A stretch of 64,000 nt of DNA from Entomortierella parvispora E1425. Taxonomy: Eukaryota > Fungi > Mortierellomycota. Shown in pieces: positions 60,671 through 64,000 of the stretch. Under the pieces are notes generated by a model. The model ran no database searches. It was not told where the DNA came from and saw nothing but the letters and a program-made list of their open reading frames with translations. The stretch is taken from NCBI GenBank assembly GCA_020891255.1, contig BQFW01000001.1:1-64000 (forward strand). The letters run 5' to 3'. A program made the translations under genes and the position numbers. The first letter of the stretch is position 1; each line of letters starts with the position of its first letter.

Positions 60671-62470
60671 ATGGCGACTCCTCCTGCCTCGCACGATGCA
60701 TCCGCGGGATCCGCTGACCCTGACCAGACGGCAACCTTGATCCAGATCGTACTCGCAATCCCCAACGCCACCATCCATCAGTGCCCCAGCTCCACCGCTG
60801 AAAAGAAAAAGATTGGAACTGGAGAGCTCCGTGTCTACTCCACTGCTCTCCCGGGTACATTACTCTCGGCTGAACGCACCCAGGCTGTCACCTTTATGAC
60901 TTTGGAAACCAATGATACACCCACAAAGTCTTTCAAGAGTTTGATCACCCATCCTCTGATGCCGCGATCAACAGCTCAAAAGACTGGCGATCGCACTTGG
61001 CAGTTCTCTGTTGCCGGAAACGGATTCTTGGAGCTCGCCTTACCCGAGTAAGTGTCAATAACTTGGACTCTTTCTTTTTTTTTCTCTTGTGGCGTTTTGG
61101 AGACAGATCTCTGGCGTCGTCATCTCGTCATCCTTCGATTTTTTGATTTTTTTATGCCCGTTCGCTAAAAAGATCGTCTCGTCGTGTCATTTTTCATTTT
61201 AATAGTGCATCAGACTCTGACATCGCCGCACTAGAGAACTTGCTGACGGACCGGATCGTTTACACCAACCAATACCAACTTCGAAATCAACTTGCTCTTG
61301 TGGACGATGTCGGTCAGGTCGTTGGTGTGTTGGACAAGGACGAGGTTGATGTAGAGGACGATGATACCGTCTCCCTTCACGAAAACCAAAAGTCCCCAGT
61401 AGTAGTCGAAGCCATTGAACCCAAGGATGATAAGGTAAGATGCCATGGTGCACGCCGTGCTAAAGAAGAACCACCAACAGATGTCTACAGGCTCTGACAC
61501 CCCCCCCCCATTTTATTGATCACACCCACAACTTTAGGAAGGTGAGAAGTTGAAGCTCAAGATCTCGGTACCTACTGCGGACGACATGGCAGATTACCTC
61601 ACTAGTGCGTCCCAATACTTTGGAGAGAGTTTGGTCAAGGGCGCCACTGTGGTCGCTGGTGGCATTCAATCGTATGTTATTTCATTGTACTATGCTCAAG
61701 TCACGCAAACAACCTAGGATCTGACCCTGTTACTATGCCTCTTTAGTTCCAGCGCGTACTTGAACACAAAGATCCCAGAGACTCAAAAGCCGCTGAAGAT
61801 CTCGCCTTTTATCAAGAATCGTGTCCGTAACTTGACCCAGGTCAGTCGTGCCACCTTTTCGGTCACGAATCGTCTCAAATCAGCGATCGTCACCAAGGCC
61901 ATGAACTCGGGATACAGAGCTCTCAAGTACTGGACCGCCAAGGATGACCCTGAATCGTACTCGACTCTGCAAAACATTGCCTATTCGATTTTGAACTCTG
62001 CTGGCGTGTTGATCCAAGCGGCAGAGGAGTCGATCGGAATTGTTTCTGCACCCGCCATTGCCGCCACTCAGGAATTGACTGGCCGAGCCCTTGGTCCCGA
62101 CGCGAAAGAGCTGATCACAAATGCGTTGGAGGGATTGAAAAACTTTACACTCGTCTACTTTGATAGCACAGGTGTTTCACGCAGGGCTTTCTTGCAGACG
62201 TCCAGAGTCGCGGCTCTTCAGACGGCTCAAGAGGTCAGGGATGGAAAGATCAAGATGAAGCAGCGCTCAAAGAACCCCTCTGACCATATCCAGGGCATTT
62301 CTCTCCCCTCTGTTCCTTTGGCAGCAACCGCTAGCGCAAAGGCGAGCCAAGTGAAAGAGCTGATTTTCAGCTACTTTGTCAAGGATGATGGCCAAGATGG
62401 TGCTGCTGCCGTTGCTGCAGGTTCCTCTTTTTCGGAGGGCTCGCCTGCAAAGAAGAAGAAGACTGAGTGA
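60671..62470 (+). CDS. Senescence/spartin-associated domain protein
   Basis: Four exons (~60671-61048, 61206-61434, 61538-61671, 61747-62470) with canonical in-phase splice sites. The C-terminal helical region LVKGATVVAGGIQS..AEESIGIVSAPAIAATQELTGRALGPDAK resembles the senescence domain. Confidence 0.65.
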
Positions 62471-63387
62471 CAATGTGGAGAGAGAGAGAGAGAGAGAGAG
62501 GATGTTACTTTGGAGTAAAGAAAAAAAATGTTCGTAAACAGTTGTTTTGCTCCCTCTTCTGGAGGATTGAAGGTCAATTTGAAGACGTCCACTCTTGCAG
62601 CTGTGTTCCCCGTGACCACCCGATGTTGTGCCCACTCCTGACCGCTTTGTTGTTATTGCTTCCGTCCCTTGGGCGAAGCACTTGCAACGGTGTGAAGAGC
62701 CCTGCTCGGCTGGCAACCTTCTTTGTTGACCTTGCAGTTAGACAAGCCGAATGCCCCATTATTGTAAACGCCAAGTTTTTCGCTCCATCCCCCCCAAAAC
62801 AAAATAATAAAGGCCCATCGCTCCACTCCACAACAGGGTTGTGGAGGGAGGATTTGACCCCAGGCAAGCATGTGCACAGGAGAGGGGGAAAGACAAGTGC
62901 TCATTTATTTCTCCAACCCAACTTTGTTCGACTCCATCTTCCTGCCATTGAGTTTGGATTGCACGAGCACACTGGCCAGACGAGATGAGCAACCGCAAGC
63001 CGAGAGGTCCCACCGCAATTGGTGTTGCCAGCAATTGCACGAGATTTATTGTTGCCCTTCTTCATTACGTTTGGGAAGCTAGTTGTCTCCTAGCCCATGG
63101 ACCATGCGTGATCACTTCCGAGGGCTATATTACCCAACACCGCAACTGGCTTTAGATGGTACTGTACAGCCTTGCATTGACACGCAATGAACTGTCTCAA
63201 AAGGGTCGGCTCTCTTTTTCTTTAAAAGAGATTGACCTCTCGGCTACCTCTTTACTTTTTTTTTTCTTCCTCTTGTCCTCTGATCCCAACCCAATTTCTC
63301 TTTTGCTCTCAACCTCCACCTTTTCCCCTCTTTACTCCCTCCTCCTCCCACCAGCTACTTCACTCACACACTCCCCCCACATTCACA

Positions 63388-64000
63388 ATGGCAAAAGGCG
63401 ATATTCTTACTCCTCCCGGCACCGGGTACATTGACTGCCTGACCCCTGATCAAAAGAAATCGCTCAAGGAGGTCTGGTCCATTGTCTTCTCGATTGCCGA
63501 TTCCGGTGAAGCCGTCGTTCCAAAGGACATGATGCTTGAGGTCGAAAAGGAGGCCAAGAGTTCGGGCGCTCAATCGGCCACGGTCGCTGCCGCCGCCAAG
63601 GCCGGCTGGTTTTCTGGTAACAAGTCCGCGAAGGCTGAGGAGGAGGCCAAAGCTGCCGGCTATGGTGCCGGCATGGCCAAGATCTCGCTTGCAGACTTGG
63701 GCTTGAGTGTCGAGAAGTTGCGACCCATCCTTTGGGACAACGCTATGGGTGATCATCCAGGTACTGAATGACATGTGCTGGTGCCGGACGTTTTCAAGAT
63801 TTTTTTTTTTTAGCGGGAGAAAAGTGACTAACTTGAGTTTGGATTTTTCTTTTTTCTTTTGGCTGTGGGTGCACTACATAGATTCTCTGCTCTTGCGCTT
63901 CATTCGAGCTCGCAAGTGGAACACCATCAATGCTTTGAACATGATGTTCAAGGCCTTCAAGTGGCGTCTGGACGAGGATATCCCCGCCGTCAAGTACTCG
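63388..64000 (+). CDS. Second CRAL-TRIO/Sec14-family protein (5' part, runs off the window)
   Basis: Exons 63388-63760 and 63882->64000. LTPDQKKSLKEVWS..LWDNAMGDHPDSLLLRFIRARKWN..MMFKAFKWRLDED is collinear with the 54968 gene. Confidence 0.9.

Overview
Eukaryotic, intron-rich fungal DNA, most consistent with an early-diverging fungus such as Mortierellaceae (inferred from Crinkler-type genes, a fungal CSL factor, and short GT-AG introns with poly-T/poly-A tracts). The window has two compartments. The first, ~1-25.4 kb, is accessory and repeat-rich. It holds a tandemly amplified, decayed multi-intron unit on the + strand (1-6.4 kb) and a GC-rich island with a ~250-bp tandem repeat, a hairpin cluster, a disrupted ORF, a telomere-like hairpin and Pol III A/B boxes (6.4-9.15 kb). 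It also holds a purine-skewed modular repeat in about 10 copies (10-25.2 kb), into which two Crinkler-like NTPase/nuclease genes are embedded. These two genes share a homologous 5' leader and intron layout but carry different C-terminal modules, and the second has lost its N-terminal ubiquitin-like domain by internal deletion. The second compartment, ~25.6-64 kb, is an ordinary gene-dense region: AKR7-like reductase, SLU7, divergent RPS9/RPL21, a PMT with a ~600-aa tail, a BTB protein, a CSL transcription factor, a 4-TM protein, two CRAL-TRIO proteins, a SNAP-like protein with an unexplained N-terminal module, an F-box protein and a senescence/spartin-domain protein. All calls come from manual reading and translation; no database search was run.
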